64,000 nucleotides of DNA from Polyangiaceae bacterium (GCA_046351325.1 JAXLYR010000002.1:816334-880333); one strand, 5' to 3'. Shown: positions 19,350 through 28,883, counted from the first letter of the stretch. Program-made: numbers and translations. Notes: a model not told the origin generated them from the letters alone.

Positions 19350-20738
19350 TCAGGGCAACGCGACCGGCTCGGGGCTCGCGCGCCCCGCGCCCCAGCGGAG
19401 GAGCCGGCCATCCGCGGTCCGCGCGTACATCGAGTTGTTCGACGCGGCGATCTCGAGGACATCGTCGACGAGGGCCTTCTTCGGCGTCGGATCGAACGCG
19501 CCATTTTCGATCGTGCCGTCGCCTTGCCAGCCGTTGCGGCCCCAACAATAGACGTCGCCGCTCGTGAGCAGCGCGCACGCTGACGCGGTCGTGCCCGTGA
19601 CGTCGACGACCTGCGCGTCGAAGTCCGCGCCGAGCAAACGAGGTGGATAGTAGCGATTGCCATCCATCGGCGTCCCGGGGCCGAGCAGGCCTCGCTCGCT
19701 CCCGCCCCAAGCCCAGACTCGGCCCGCGACGTCGATCGCGAAGTTCGAGTCGTGTGCGGCGCCGATGCGGGCGATCGGCCCGAGCCCCTCGACGGTGAAC
19801 GGCGCGCCCGCGGCGACCGCGTTGTCGAACCAGGCGCCGATCTGCGGGACCCAGCAATCGACCTCGCCGGTCGCGAGGAGCGCGCACGCGCTCGCGATGC
19901 CAGCCTCGATTTGGAGGGCGTGCTGGACCTTGAGGATGGGGGTCTCGGCGCCGTTGCCCCACGCGTAGACGTCGCCGTCGGAGGTGAGCGCGGTGTAGAA
20001 CTCAGCGCGCTCCCAAGCGCCGCCGCCCACGACGTCGATGACGTCCGCGCCCGAGGGTAGGAGGGGCGTCGCGACCTCGGCGACGTAGCAGCACGCGGAC
20101 GCGCCGGCCCCGTCGTCGGGCCCGCCGTCGTTCGGTCCGATCCCGAGCGAGCCGTCTTGGTTGTTCCCGAAGCAGCGAACGGTGTGGTCCGCGCCGATCG
20201 CGCACGTCGATCGGGAGGCCGTCGACGCGAGCAGCACTTGATCGGCAGGCAGGACCGTCATGAGCGCGGGGCCGAGCTCCGCCCAAGAGGCCGCGCCGTT
20301 GCCCGACTCGCCGTAGGGGTCGTTCCCCCAACACGCGAGGCCCGCGTCCGTGCGCATGCACGTCGTGTAAGCGCTCGGTGAGGATCGAAGGCGGCGATCG
20401 CAGACGCCGCCGCTGCAGCTGAGCCCGTCCGCGCAAGTGCGCCCGCAGGCCCCACAGTCTGCGTTCGACGACACGAGGGCCTCGCAGGTCGCATCGCAGG
20501 GCGCGACCACACACGCGGCGCCACCTACACCAATGTCAGCGCCTCCGCCGCCCGCTGGAGCCCCACCCGTTCCGCCACTCGAAGCGCCTCCATTCGAAGC
20601 GCCTCCGTTCGAAGCACCACCGCTGCCGCCGCCGGGTGTGCGCCGCTCTTCGACGCCGAGGATGTCGGCGCACGCGGGCGCGAGCGCGACCACTGCGAAG
20701 ACGAGAGCTCGAACGAGACGCCCCGAGCGCGGCCTCAC
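19350..20738 (-). CDS. RCC1-repeat (beta-propeller) lipoprotein, paralog 1
   Basis: Candidate GTG start at 20738 overlapping the upstream stop (GTGA). Signal/lipobox LVFAVVALAPACAD. A Gly/Ser/Asn-rich linker. A Cys-rich segment CDATCEALVSSNADCGACGRTCADGLSCSGGVCD. RCC1 blades with repeated CWG/AWG motifs (CWGNDPYGESGNG, CFGNNQDGSLG, YAWGNG, WAWGGSERGLLG, YCWGRNGWQGDG). Confidence 0.7.
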   Translation of the reverse strand: MRPRSGRLVRALVFAVVALAPACADILGVEERRTPGGGSGGASNGGASNGGASSGGTGGAPAGGGGADIGVGGAACVVAPCDATCEALVSSNADCGACGRTCADGLSCSGGVCDRRLRSSPSAYTTCMRTDAGLACWGNDPYGESGNGAASWAELGPALMTVLPADQVLLASTASRSTCAIGADHTVRCFGNNQDGSLGIGPNDGGPDDGAGASACCYVAEVATPLLPSGADVIDVVGGGAWERAEFYTALTSDGDVYAWGNGAETPILKVQHALQIEAGIASACALLATGEVDCWVPQIGAWFDNAVAAGAPFTVEGLGPIARIGAAHDSNFAIDVAGRVWAWGGSERGLLGPGTPMDGNRYYPPRLLGADFDAQVVDVTGTTASACALLTSGDVYCWGRNGWQGDGTIENGAFDPTPKKALVDDVLEIAASNNSMYARTADGRLLRWGAGRASPEPVALP

Positions 20739-22132
20739 GGTAGCGCGAGCTCCGTCGGTTCGACCTTGCCCGTGAAGCCGTTCCACTCGCGCAAGAGCCC
20801 GCTCCCGTCGAGCGCAGCGAAGTCGATCGAGCTCGACCCGAGCTCGACGACGTCCGTGATGTGCGCCTTGCGCGGCGTCGGATCGATGGTCCCGTCGAAG
20901 GGTCGGCCGTCGCCTTGATGACCGTTCTCGCCCCAGCAATAGACCTCGCGTGACTCGAGCAGCGCGCACGTCGCGCTGTGCGTGCCCGTCACCGAGAGCA
21001 CAGGGGAGGGGAAGTCGAACTCGACGGGGTGGGCAGGGTAATAGCCCACGCCGATGGTGAAGCCGGGGCCCAGCTGGCCGTAGCGATTGTTGCCCCAGCC
21101 GTAGAGGCGCCCCGCCTGATCGATCGCGAAGCTCGTGATGTTTCCCGTGCCGATCGCGCGGACCTTGGGCAGGCCCTCCACGCGCGCCGGGGTCTGGTTA
21201 CATACATTATTGTTAGCAAGGCCCGTCCCCCACGCGTTGCCCCAGCAGTAGACCGAGCCCGAAGCGTCGAGCGCGCAGCCGAAATTCGCGCCAGCCGCGA
21301 TCTCCACCACGGACTCGAGCATCATCACGGGGCTCGGCGCGCCGCTGCCCCAACAGTAGGCTTTGCCGGCGGCGCTCAGCGCGACGAAGAACCCGTTCGC
21401 CCAGCTGACCCCGCCCGCCGCGATGTCCACGAAAGGCTCGTCGGGCAGCGCGGGCGTGGCCACGCTCGTCACATAGCAGCACGCGCTCTCGCTCGCGCCG
21501 TCCTCGGGCCCACCGCTCGCGCCGAGTCCGAGCGCGCCGTCCTCGTTCGATCCGACGCAGCGGATCTCGCCAGACTCGAGCAGCGCGCACATCGAGCCGG
21601 GCCCGCGCGCGGCGTAGGTCACCGGAGTCCCGTCGAACAACGTCGCGCGCACCGCGGGCATTTCGGGGCTCGCGGCCTCGCCGGACGCGGAGTCGCCGTG
21701 ACTCGTCGCCCCCCAGCACGCGAGCCCGCGCGCGTCTCGCACGCAGAGCCCCGACGCGCCGGTGCTGCTCCGCAGCTTGCGATCGCAGGTCCCCGCGCTG
21801 CAGAGCTCACCGTCAGCGCAAGCTCGATCGCAGCTCCCGCAGCTCGCGACCGAGCTCGTCGGATCGACGCAGACGCCGTCGCACGCGAGGAGCGGGCAGT
21901 CCGCGGAGCCAGCCTCGCCGCCGCTGCCGCCCTGCTCTCGAGCCCCGGCGCCGCCCTGCGCGCCGCTGCCCTGCGCGCCGCTGCCGCCTTGTCCTCCGTC
22001 AGCGTGAAAGGAGCGCTCCTCGACGCCCAGGATCTCCGAACACGACAGCGTGAACACGAGGAGCAACCCTGCTCCTCGCGCACGAGAGCGGCCCTCGAGC
22101 TTCGCGGCGATCGCGTATCGAATAACCAGCAA
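20735..22132 (-). CDS. RCC1-repeat (beta-propeller) lipoprotein, paralog 2
   Basis: Same architecture as paralog 1: signal (GLLLVFTLSCSE), Gly/Ser/Gln-rich linker, Cys-rich module, RCC1 blades (CWGATSHGDSASG, CVGSNEDGALG, YCWGSGAPS, YCWGNAWGTG, YGWGNNRYGQLG, YCWGENGHQGDG). No ATG; the start is a probable TTG near 22132, so it is uncertain. The 5' 430 codons of ORF 20735..23380 are antisense of the kinase gene and are rejected. Confidence 0.6.
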   Translation of the reverse strand: MLVIRYAIAAKLEGRSRARGAGLLLVFTLSCSEILGVEERSFHADGGQGGSGAQGSGAQGGAGAREQGGSGGEAGSADCPLLACDGVCVDPTSSVASCGSCDRACADGELCSAGTCDRKLRSSTGASGLCVRDARGLACWGATSHGDSASGEAASPEMPAVRATLFDGTPVTYAARGPGSMCALLESGEIRCVGSNEDGALGLGASGGPEDGASESACCYVTSVATPALPDEPFVDIAAGGVSWANGFFVALSAAGKAYCWGSGAPSPVMMLESVVEIAAGANFGCALDASGSVYCWGNAWGTGLANNNVCNQTPARVEGLPKVRAIGTGNITSFAIDQAGRLYGWGNNRYGQLGPGFTIGVGYYPAHPVEFDFPSPVLSVTGTHSATCALLESREVYCWGENGHQGDGRPFDGTIDPTPRKAHITDVVELGSSSIDFAALDGSGLLREWNGFTGKVEPTELALP

Positions 22133-22372
22133 CTCTAACGCGTCCTCCAGCCAGAAAAGGCTGATTTCGAGCGTCGCGTGGAGCACGTTGCCACGCTCGC
22201 TACAGAGTTGTCGGCGGCGCAACGAGGGCAGCGATCGACGCCTCTCCCTTCGACGACAAAGCAGCCCTCTTCGGTTGGGAACGCCTTCTGCAAACGCGTT
22301 GGGCGAGCGAACGCGAGCCCAAGTTGAGCCGATGTCGAACAGGATGCCTCGCCTGATATACTCCGCGCGAAC

Positions 22373-23815
22373 ATGGCCTCGGGGGGACCTGATACGGAGT
22401 CCCTGCGTCCTCTCCACGCGGACGCAGCTCCGAGCCTCCCTCTCGGCTCGGTGGCGCTCGGCAAATACCAAGTCGGCCGCTGCATCGGTCGCGGCGGCAT
22501 GGGTGAGGTCTACGAGGCGACGCATACGGCGCTCGGCTCCAGGGTCGCGCTCAAGCTGCCGATCTCGCGCGCTACGACGAGCAGCGCGGCGGCGCGCCTG
22601 CTCCGCGAGGCCCAAGTGGCGGCCTCCCTCGATCCCGATCGTGTGGTGCGCGTGCTCGACGTCGGTGTCCTCTCCGACGGGCGACCCGTGCTCGTCCTCG
22701 AGCGCCTCGAGGGCTGCACGCTCGCCGAGCGCCTCGAGGCCGGGGCTCCCATCCAAGTGGGAGAGGCCGTCGATTTCACCATCGGCGCGTGCCTCGGGCT
22801 CGTCGAGGCTCACGCGCGCGCGGTCGTCCACCGCGACATCAAGCCGTCGAATCTCTTCCTCGCGCAGAAGCGCGACGGGACGACCACCCTCAAGGTCCTC
22901 GACTTCGGCGTCGCCGCGCTCCGCGCCTCCGCGGAGGCTGGCGACGTGCGGCTGACCGACAGCCAAGCGCCCGTCGGCTCGCCGCCGTACATGGCTCCCG
23001 AACAGGTGCGGGGGCGCGACGTCGACGCGCGCACCGATGTGTGGGGCCTCGGGGTCACGCTCTTCGAACTGCTCGCCAAACAGCGACCTTTCGACGGCGC
23101 CACGCCGGCCGCGGTCGCGGCCGCGATCGTCGCCGACCCTCCTGCGGAGCTGCGCGCGCTCCGCTCCGAGGTCCCGGAGAGCCTCGCCGCGATCGTGATG
23201 CGTTGCCTCGCGAAGGATCCGGCCGACAGGCCGCAGCACGCGCTCGCCCTCGCGCTCGAGTTGGCTCCGTTCGGCTCGGCCGCGAGCCGCGCTCAGATCG
23301 AAGCGATCGAGCGCGCCGCGAGCCCCACGCTCGAGTCTTCGGGCGCCCGCCCCGCGAAGGATCCCTCGTCCCCGACCCAAGAGGGCGCGACAGCCGAGCG
23401 ACGACCCTCCTCGAGGTCGAGGCTCGGCCTCTTCGGCGGAGCGACGCTCGCGGTCGTGATCGTGGCCTCGATTTGGACCGCGCGCACGATCGGTCGAGGC
23501 GAACCTACAACAATGTCAGCGGTCGCGCGGCCCGCTTCGACCGAGGCAGAGACCGCGCTCGCGAGCGCACCCGTGTCCGCGATCGCGTCGTCGTCCGCGG
23601 CCCTGTCCGCGGCCCTCCCTGCGCTGATCACGGTCGCGAGCTCCGGGCCAGCGGCGACCCCATCGGCGTCGGCTTCTGCCGCGCTCACTTCGCCTCCGTC
23701 CGCGCGTCGCGTCGAGCGCACGCCCGTCACGATCTCCAGCGCGCCCACGTCGTCTGCGTCGCCCCCGCCCCCCGCGACGACGCCGCGCCCCATCATGGAC
23801 ACGAGGAAATTCTGA
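22373..23815 (+). CDS. Serine/threonine protein kinase with TM segment and Ala/Ser/Pro-rich C-terminal region
   Basis: Kinase motifs GRGGMGEVY, VALK, HRDIKPSNLFL, DFGVAA, PPYMAPE. TM helix ATLAVVIVASIW. Confidence 0.85.
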   Translation: MASGGPDTESLRPLHADAAPSLPLGSVALGKYQVGRCIGRGGMGEVYEATHTALGSRVALKLPISRATTSSAAARLLREAQVAASLDPDRVVRVLDVGVLSDGRPVLVLERLEGCTLAERLEAGAPIQVGEAVDFTIGACLGLVEAHARAVVHRDIKPSNLFLAQKRDGTTTLKVLDFGVAALRASAEAGDVRLTDSQAPVGSPPYMAPEQVRGRDVDARTDVWGLGVTLFELLAKQRPFDGATPAAVAAAIVADPPAELRALRSEVPESLAAIVMRCLAKDPADRPQHALALALELAPFGSAASRAQIEAIERAASPTLESSGARPAKDPSSPTQEGATAERRPSSRSRLGLFGGATLAVVIVASIWTARTIGRGEPTTMSAVARPASTEAETALASAPVSAIASSSAALSAALPALITVASSGPAATPSASASAALTSPPSARRVERTPVTISSAPTSSASPPPPATTPRPIMDTRKF

Positions 23816-23817
23816 GG

Positions 23818-24762
23818 ATGGGACGCGCCACGATCTCCTTCATCGTCGGCTTTTCGCTGCTCCTCAGCGCGCTCGCAACGAACGCGCGCGCCGAGGGTGA
23901 AGAGACCCCCGCTGACATCCTCTTCCGGCAAGGCAAGGCTCTGATGGACGCAGGCAAGCTCGAGGAGGCCTGCCGTGTCCTCGAGGAGAGTCAGCGCATC
24001 GAGCCCGCGGGCGGCACGCTCCTCAACCTCGCGTCGTGCTTCGAGCGCCGCGGCATGTACGCGTCCGCCGAGCGCGCGCTCGAGGCCGCGCGCGATCTCG
24101 CGAAGCAGGTCGGCCGCGACGACGCGATCGCGTTCGTCGAGGATCGCCTCGCGGCGGTGCGCCCGAACGTCTGCGTGCTCACGATCGCGCTCGCCGATCG
24201 CGCGCTCGCCGACACGACCGTCGAGCTCGACGGCCAGCCGATCGCGGCGACCTCGGCCGTCCTCGAGGCCCGCGTCGATCCGGGCGCACACGTCGTGCTC
24301 GTCGAGACCCGCGGCGCCCCGCTCTGGCGCTCGACGGTCGACGTCACGCGCACCACGCCAGCGCGCCTCGATGTCCCCGCGCCTGAGCCTGTCGGTCCAC
24401 GCGTGGACACGGCCGAGCGTGCGCCCGTCGTCGAGTCGAGCGCGCCGTCCTTCCTCTTGCCGACGGGCGCGGCCGTCGTCGCCGTCGGCGGCAGCCTGAT
24501 CGTCGGCGGTATCGTCGCCGGCGTCTTCGCGATGAACGCCTGGTCGGACGCCGAGCGCCGCTGCCCCGAGGTCGACTGCGACGATCTCACCGGCATCGCG
24601 GAGGCCGACGACGCGAAGACCTTCGGCGACACCTCGACGGGGCTCTTCGTCGCGGGCGGCGTGCTCGCGGCGGGGGGCGTCGCCATGATCATCGCCGCGC
24701 GTCTGCTCGGCGCGCCGAGCAAGCCCGTCACGAGCGCGCGCGGCCTCGTCCTCACGTTCTGA
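23818..24762 (+). CDS. Secreted/membrane-anchored protein with TPR-like N-terminus and a PEGA-like segment (kinase-associated)
   Basis: ATG at 23818, 3 nt after the kinase stop. Signal peptide MGRATISFIVGFSLLLSALATNARA. PEGA-like motif VDPGAHVVLVETRG. C-terminal Gly/Ala-rich TM helix. Same architecture as the protein at 9062..9934. Confidence 0.65.
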   Translation: MGRATISFIVGFSLLLSALATNARAEGEETPADILFRQGKALMDAGKLEEACRVLEESQRIEPAGGTLLNLASCFERRGMYASAERALEAARDLAKQVGRDDAIAFVEDRLAAVRPNVCVLTIALADRALADTTVELDGQPIAATSAVLEARVDPGAHVVLVETRGAPLWRSTVDVTRTTPARLDVPAPEPVGPRVDTAERAPVVESSAPSFLLPTGAAVVAVGGSLIVGGIVAGVFAMNAWSDAERRCPEVDCDDLTGIAEADDAKTFGDTSTGLFVAGGVLAAGGVAMIIAARLLGAPSKPVTSARGLVLTF

Positions 24763-24835
24763 GCGCGGCGCTGAGCGGGGCGTCCGTAACTTTTACAGCG
24801 ATATATTAATTGGTGCACCCTCCAGCGCGAGCTCG

Positions 24836-26686
24836 TCAGCCTCGCGCCTTGAGGGCGCGGTAGATCGTGCCGCGCCCGACCCCGAGCTTGCGCGCGGCCT
24901 CGCTCACGTTGCCGTTCGCCTCCTCGAGGGCTCGGTCGATCGCCTCGCGGACGATCTCGCCCCGCGTCCGCGCCTCACCGCGCTCGCTCGACCGAGGCTC
25001 GAACGCAGGCAGGTGCTCGACCTCGACGAGGCCCGGCGTGCGCGGCTCGGCGTTCGCGAGCGCGGCCGCGTACTCGATCGTCGACTTGAGCTCGCGCACG
25101 TTGCCGGGCCAGTCGTGCGCGGCGACGACCTCGCGCGCGGACTCGGAGAGCGCGAGCGCGCCGCCGCTCTCGCGATCGAGCAAACACGCCGCGAGCCACG
25201 TCGCGTCCGAGCGATCGCGGAGCGCGGGGATCGACAGCGTGGCGCCTCGAATCCGATAGTACAAATCCTTGCGGAAGCTGCCGCTCGCGACCATCTGAGG
25301 CAGATCGCGGCACGTCGCGCAGACGAGGCGAAGATCGGCCTTGCGCTCGCGCGGTTCACCTACACGCTGGTAAGTCCCGTCGTCGAGCACGCGCAGGAGC
25401 GCTGCCTGGAGCTCGAGCGAGAGCTCGGCGATCTCGTCGAGGAAGAGCGTGCCGCCGTGCGCGGCCGCGATGCGCCCGTCCGCGCCGGCCCGCAGCGCCC
25501 CCGTGAACGCGCCAGGCGCGTGCCCGAAGAGCTCGCTCGCCACGAGCGACGGCGCGATCGCCCCGCAGTTCACCGCGACGAAAGGCTTCGCGCGGCGCTC
25601 GCTCGCTTGGTGAATCGCCCTCGCGAAGAGCTCCTTGCCGGTGCCCGTCTCGGCGAGCAAGAGGACAGGCAGCCGCGTGCGCGCGAACGTCCGCCCGAGG
25701 TCCTTCACGCGCTCGACCGCGGGGTCCCGCGCGAGGATCACGTCGAACGCGTCGGTCGGCTCGCGATCGAGCGCGCCTCGCCGCGGCGTCGCGCGCGCGA
25801 CGACCTCGAGGTGAACGACCACCGCGAGCGGTCGACCTGCCGCGCCGACGAGCGGATCGATCTCGACGCGGTAGGTTCCAGCCTTCGTCTCGAAGCGCGC
25901 GCCGCGCGCACCCGACGAGGCGAAGAGCTCGCCGAAGCCGATCCCGAAGACCCGCTCGGCCGCGAGGGCCTGCGTGCTCGACAAGCCGAGGTTCGCGAGC
26001 GCGGTCGGGCTCGCCGCGCGGACGACGCCGGTCGCGTCGACGAGGAGCTCGATCCGCGAGGAGGTCCGCACGAGCCGCTCGATCACCGCGAGCGAGCCGT
26101 GCGCGAAGCCCGAGGCAGCGCGCGCCCGCAGCGCGTGCTCGAGCGCGAGGCCCGCGGTGCGCACTGCGACCCCGACCGCCGGATCGTGTGAGCCGAGCGG
26201 CCCGGACACGTCGAGCACGAGCGCGATCTCCCCGAAGGCGTCGCGGATCGGCGTCGCGTAGCAGAAGAGATCGCGGTTCCGGACCTCGAAGTGCGCATCC
26301 CCGACCACCGCGACGGGCCGCGCCTCGACGACGGCGGTGCCGATCGCGTTCGTGCCTCGCGTCTCCTCTCCCCAGCGCGCTCCCTCGACGAGGCGCACGC
26401 GCGTCACCGGATCGAGCGCGCCGCGCTCGATGCGCGACGAGAGGATGACGCCTTCGCGATCGGCGAGGATCGCCGCGCGCGGCCCCGCGGCGAGCTCACC
26501 CATGACGAGCTCGAGCACGTCGAGCTCGTCGGCGAAGGCCTCGCGCAGGCGCTCGCGTCGCTCGATCAGATCGCGGTCCGACGCCGACACCGGGTACGCG
26601 TCGGACTCGCGCTGAAGCCCGAGCCGCTCGACGCGCGCCCAGCGCTCGCGCACGAGCTCCGTCGTCGGTTCGGCGAGGACCAGCAC
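24836..26686 (-). CDS. Sigma-54-dependent Fis-family transcriptional regulator with N-terminal GAF-type sensory region (AcoR-like)
   Basis: AAA+ sigma-54 interaction motifs GETGTGKE, ASELFGH, GAFTGA. C-terminal HTH (GNVSEAARKLGVGRGTIYRALK). A GAF-like region upstream. The start is uncertain: GTG 26686 is proposed and ATG 26899 is the alternative. Divergent from an aldehyde dehydrogenase gene. Confidence 0.8.
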   Translation of the reverse strand: MLVLAEPTTELVRERWARVERLGLQRESDAYPVSASDRDLIERRERLREAFADELDVLELVMGELAAGPRAAILADREGVILSSRIERGALDPVTRVRLVEGARWGEETRGTNAIGTAVVEARPVAVVGDAHFEVRNRDLFCYATPIRDAFGEIALVLDVSGPLGSHDPAVGVAVRTAGLALEHALRARAASGFAHGSLAVIERLVRTSSRIELLVDATGVVRAASPTALANLGLSSTQALAAERVFGIGFGELFASSGARGARFETKAGTYRVEIDPLVGAAGRPLAVVVHLEVVARATPRRGALDREPTDAFDVILARDPAVERVKDLGRTFARTRLPVLLLAETGTGKELFARAIHQASERRAKPFVAVNCGAIAPSLVASELFGHAPGAFTGALRAGADGRIAAAHGGTLFLDEIAELSLELQAALLRVLDDGTYQRVGEPRERKADLRLVCATCRDLPQMVASGSFRKDLYYRIRGATLSIPALRDRSDATWLAACLLDRESGGALALSESAREVVAAHDWPGNVRELKSTIEYAAALANAEPRTPGLVEVEHLPAFEPRSSERGEARTRGEIVREAIDRALEEANGNVSEAARKLGVGRGTIYRALKARG

Positions 26687-26776
26687 GCTTCGAGTCTCGC
26701 ATGTTCGACCTGAGTTGGCCGCCCTCTCCCGTGACCGCTGCGCCGCGTCAGCGCTGATCCATTTCGGAACAACGGG

Positions 26777-26790
26777 CTGTCCGCGGACAG
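26777..26790. promoter_or_regulatory. Perfect 14-bp palindrome CTGTCCGCGGACAG, a candidate upstream activator site for the divergent sigma-54 activator
   Basis: The inverted repeat lies ~70 bp upstream of a -24/-12 element. A second inverted repeat GAACA-n4-TGTTC is at 26795..26808. Confidence 0.35.
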
Positions 26791-26856
26791 CCGCGAACAA
26801 CTCTGTTCGAGTTCGAATCGACCGTCTTTCCCATGGATTCGTGGATGACGCGGACC

Positions 26857-26872
26857 TGGCGCGACCGTTGCG
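26857..26872 (+). promoter_or_regulatory. Sigma-54 (-24/-12) promoter candidate TGGCGC-gaccg-TTGCG for the aldehyde dehydrogenase operon
   Basis: GG at 26858-26859 and GC at 26870-26871 have the canonical 12-nt spacing. It lies ~40 nt upstream of the ATG at 26911, with a GGAGGA ribosome-binding site at 26901. A divergently encoded sigma-54 activator is adjacent. Confidence 0.55.
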
Positions 26873-26910
26873 GAGTGAGCCCTCGCCGAAGGGTCGCAAG
26901 GGAGGAAGCC

Positions 26911-28431
26911 ATGGTCTACACGCCGCCGAATCAAGAGGGTTCCAAGGTCCAGTTCAAGAGCCGCTATCAGAACTTCATCGGCGGCGAGTGGAAGGCGCCC
27001 GTGAAGGGCCAGTACTTCGAGGACATCACGCCGGTCACGGGCCGTGCGTTCTGCGAGGTCCCGCGCTCGAGCGCCGAAGACGTGGAGCTCGCGCTCGACG
27101 CAGCCCACGCGGCGAAGGGCAAATGGGGCAAGACGAGCGCTACGGAGCGCTCGATCCTCCTCAACAAGATCGCCGATCGCATCGAGGCGAACCTCGAGAA
27201 GCTCGCGATCGCGGAGACCTGGGACAACGGCAAGCCCGTGCGCGAGACGCTCGCCGCCGACCTGCCGCTCACGATCGATCACTTCCGCTACTTCGCCGGC
27301 TGCATCCGCGCGCAGGAGGGTCGGACGAGCGAGCTCGACGAGAACACCGTCGCTTACCACTTCCACGAGCCGCTCGGCGTCGTCGCGCAGATCATCCCGT
27401 GGAACTTCCCGCTCCTCATGGCCGCGTGGAAGCTCGCGCCCGCGCTCGCCGCCGGTAACTGCGTCGTCATCAAGCCCGCGGAGCAGACCCCCGCGTCGAT
27501 CCTGATGCTGATGGAGATCATCGGTGATTTGCTGCCTCCCGGGGTCGTCAACGTCGTGAACGGCTTCGGCGTCGAGGCCGGTAAGCCCCTCGCGCGGAGC
27601 AGCCGCGTCTCGAAGGTCGCCTTCACGGGCGAGACGACGACGGGCCGGCTCATCATGCAATACGCCTCCGAGAACCTCATCCCCGTCACGCTCGAGCTCG
27701 GCGGCAAATCGCCGAACATCTTCTTCTCGGACGTGATGCGCGAGCGCGACAGCTTCCTCGAGAAGGCCCTCGAGGGCTTCGGGATGTTCGCGTTGAACCA
27801 GGGCGAGGTCTGCACGTGCCCGTCGCGCGCCCTCATCGACAAGCGCATGTTCGGCGAGTTCCTCGGCGCCGCGATCGATCGTGCGAAGAAGCACCTGCCC
27901 GGTAACCCCCTCGATCCGGCGACGACGGTCGGCGCGCAGGCCTCGAACGATCAGCTCGAGAAGATCCTCAGCTACCTCGACATCGGCAAGAAGGAGGGCG
28001 CGGAGGTCGCGCTCGGCGGCGAGCGCGCGAAGCTCTCGGGCGATCTCGCGGGCGGCTACTACGTGATGCCCACCGTGTTCGTCGGCAAGAACAGCATGCG
28101 CGTCTTCCAGGAGGAGATCTTCGGGCCCGTCGTGAGCGTCACGAGCTTCGACGGCTTCGACGACGCGATCTCGATCGCCAACGACACGCTCTACGGTCTC
28201 GGCGCCGGCGTCTGGACCCGCGACGTGCATCAGGCCTATCGCGCCGGTCGCGCGATCCAAGCGGGGCGCGTCTGGACGAACTGCTACCACCTCTATCCGG
28301 CGCACGCGGCCTTCGGCGGCTACAAGCAATCAGGCATCGGCCGTGAGAACCACCAGATGATGCTCTCGCACTACCAGCAGACGAAGAACCTGCTCGTCAG
28401 CTACGACCAGAAGCCGATGGGTTTCTTCTGA
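26911..28431 (+). CDS. NAD(P)+-dependent aldehyde dehydrogenase (acetaldehyde dehydrogenase AcoD/ExaC-like)
   Basis: 506-aa ALDH family protein. Catalytic Cys region [14 protein letters not shown] and Glu motif LELGGKSP. The start is moved to ATG 26911, preceded by GGAGGA. Confidence 0.9.
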   Translation: MVYTPPNQEGSKVQFKSRYQNFIGGEWKAPVKGQYFEDITPVTGRAFCEVPRSSAEDVELALDAAHAAKGKWGKTSATERSILLNKIADRIEANLEKLAIAETWDNGKPVRETLAADLPLTIDHFRYFAGCIRAQEGRTSELDENTVAYHFHEPLGVVAQIIPWNFPLLMAAWKLAPALAAGNCVVIKPAEQTPASILMLMEIIGDLLPPGVVNVVNGFGVEAGKPLARSSRVSKVAFTGETTTGRLIMQYASENLIPVTLELGGKSPNIFFSDVMRERDSFLEKALEGFGMFALNQGEVCTCPSRALIDKRMFGEFLGAAIDRAKKHLPGNPLDPATTVGAQASNDQLEKILSYLDIGKKEGAEVALGGERAKLSGDLAGGYYVMPTVFVGKNSMRVFQEEIFGPVVSVTSFDGFDDAISIANDTLYGLGAGVWTRDVHQAYRAGRAIQAGRVWTNCYHLYPAHAAFGGYKQSGIGRENHQMMLSHYQQTKNLLVSYDQKPMGFF

Positions 28432-28784
28432 TGGAGGTCGCGCGGGTCACGTGCACCCCCGAGGCCGCGGCGCTCGTGCGGCGGCTCGCGGCCGAGCACG
28501 GTCCGCTCATGTTCCATCAGTCGGGCGGCTGCTGCGACGGCAGCGCTCCCATGTGCTACCCGCTCGGCGATCTCATCGTCGGTGAGCAGGACGTGCTCCT
28601 CGGCGAGATCGAGGGCTGCCCGTTCTACGTGGGCAAACAGCAGTGGGAGCGCTGGCAGCACACGCGGCTCGTCATCGACGTCGTAAAGGGCCGTGGCAGC
28701 GGCTTCTCGCTCGAGGCGCCGACGGGCATGCGCTTCCTCACGCGGTCGGAGCTCTGCGAGGTCGACCCGACGCCGCGCCCGTGA
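28431..28784 (+). CDS. DUF779 family protein, a conserved partner of aldehyde dehydrogenase genes
   Basis: The start overlaps the ALDH stop (TGATG). Cys-rich conserved sequence HQSGGCCDGSAPMCYPLGDL...GCPFYV. Confidence 0.8.
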   Translation: MEVARVTCTPEAAALVRRLAAEHGPLMFHQSGGCCDGSAPMCYPLGDLIVGEQDVLLGEIEGCPFYVGKQQWERWQHTRLVIDVVKGRGSGFSLEAPTGMRFLTRSELCEVDPTPRP

Positions 28785-28883
28785 GCGAGCGGCCAGCCTG
28801 TCATTCGCCCGAACACACTATAACGACGTATAAATATCGGCTGGCGCGCGGGCTCACGGACTAGCCTATATCGACGCCGCGTG

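Noticed and set aside
22789-23817. 5' 343 codons of ORF 22789..24762
   Set aside because: They overlap the kinase gene 22373..23815 in another frame and are Arg/Gly/Pro-rich nonsense. The real start is ATG 23818, followed by a signal peptide.
24763-24835. AT-rich island (cttttacagcgatatattaattgg) between convergent genes
   Set aside because: It has no convincing hairpin or promoter element. It is probably just a low-GC spacer at a convergent terminator region, too short to assign.
25013-26191. 392-aa plus-strand ORF and other ORFs inside the AcoR-like regulator gene
   Set aside because: They are antisense to a gene with complete sigma-54 activator motifs. Composition is Arg/Glu/Asp-rich.
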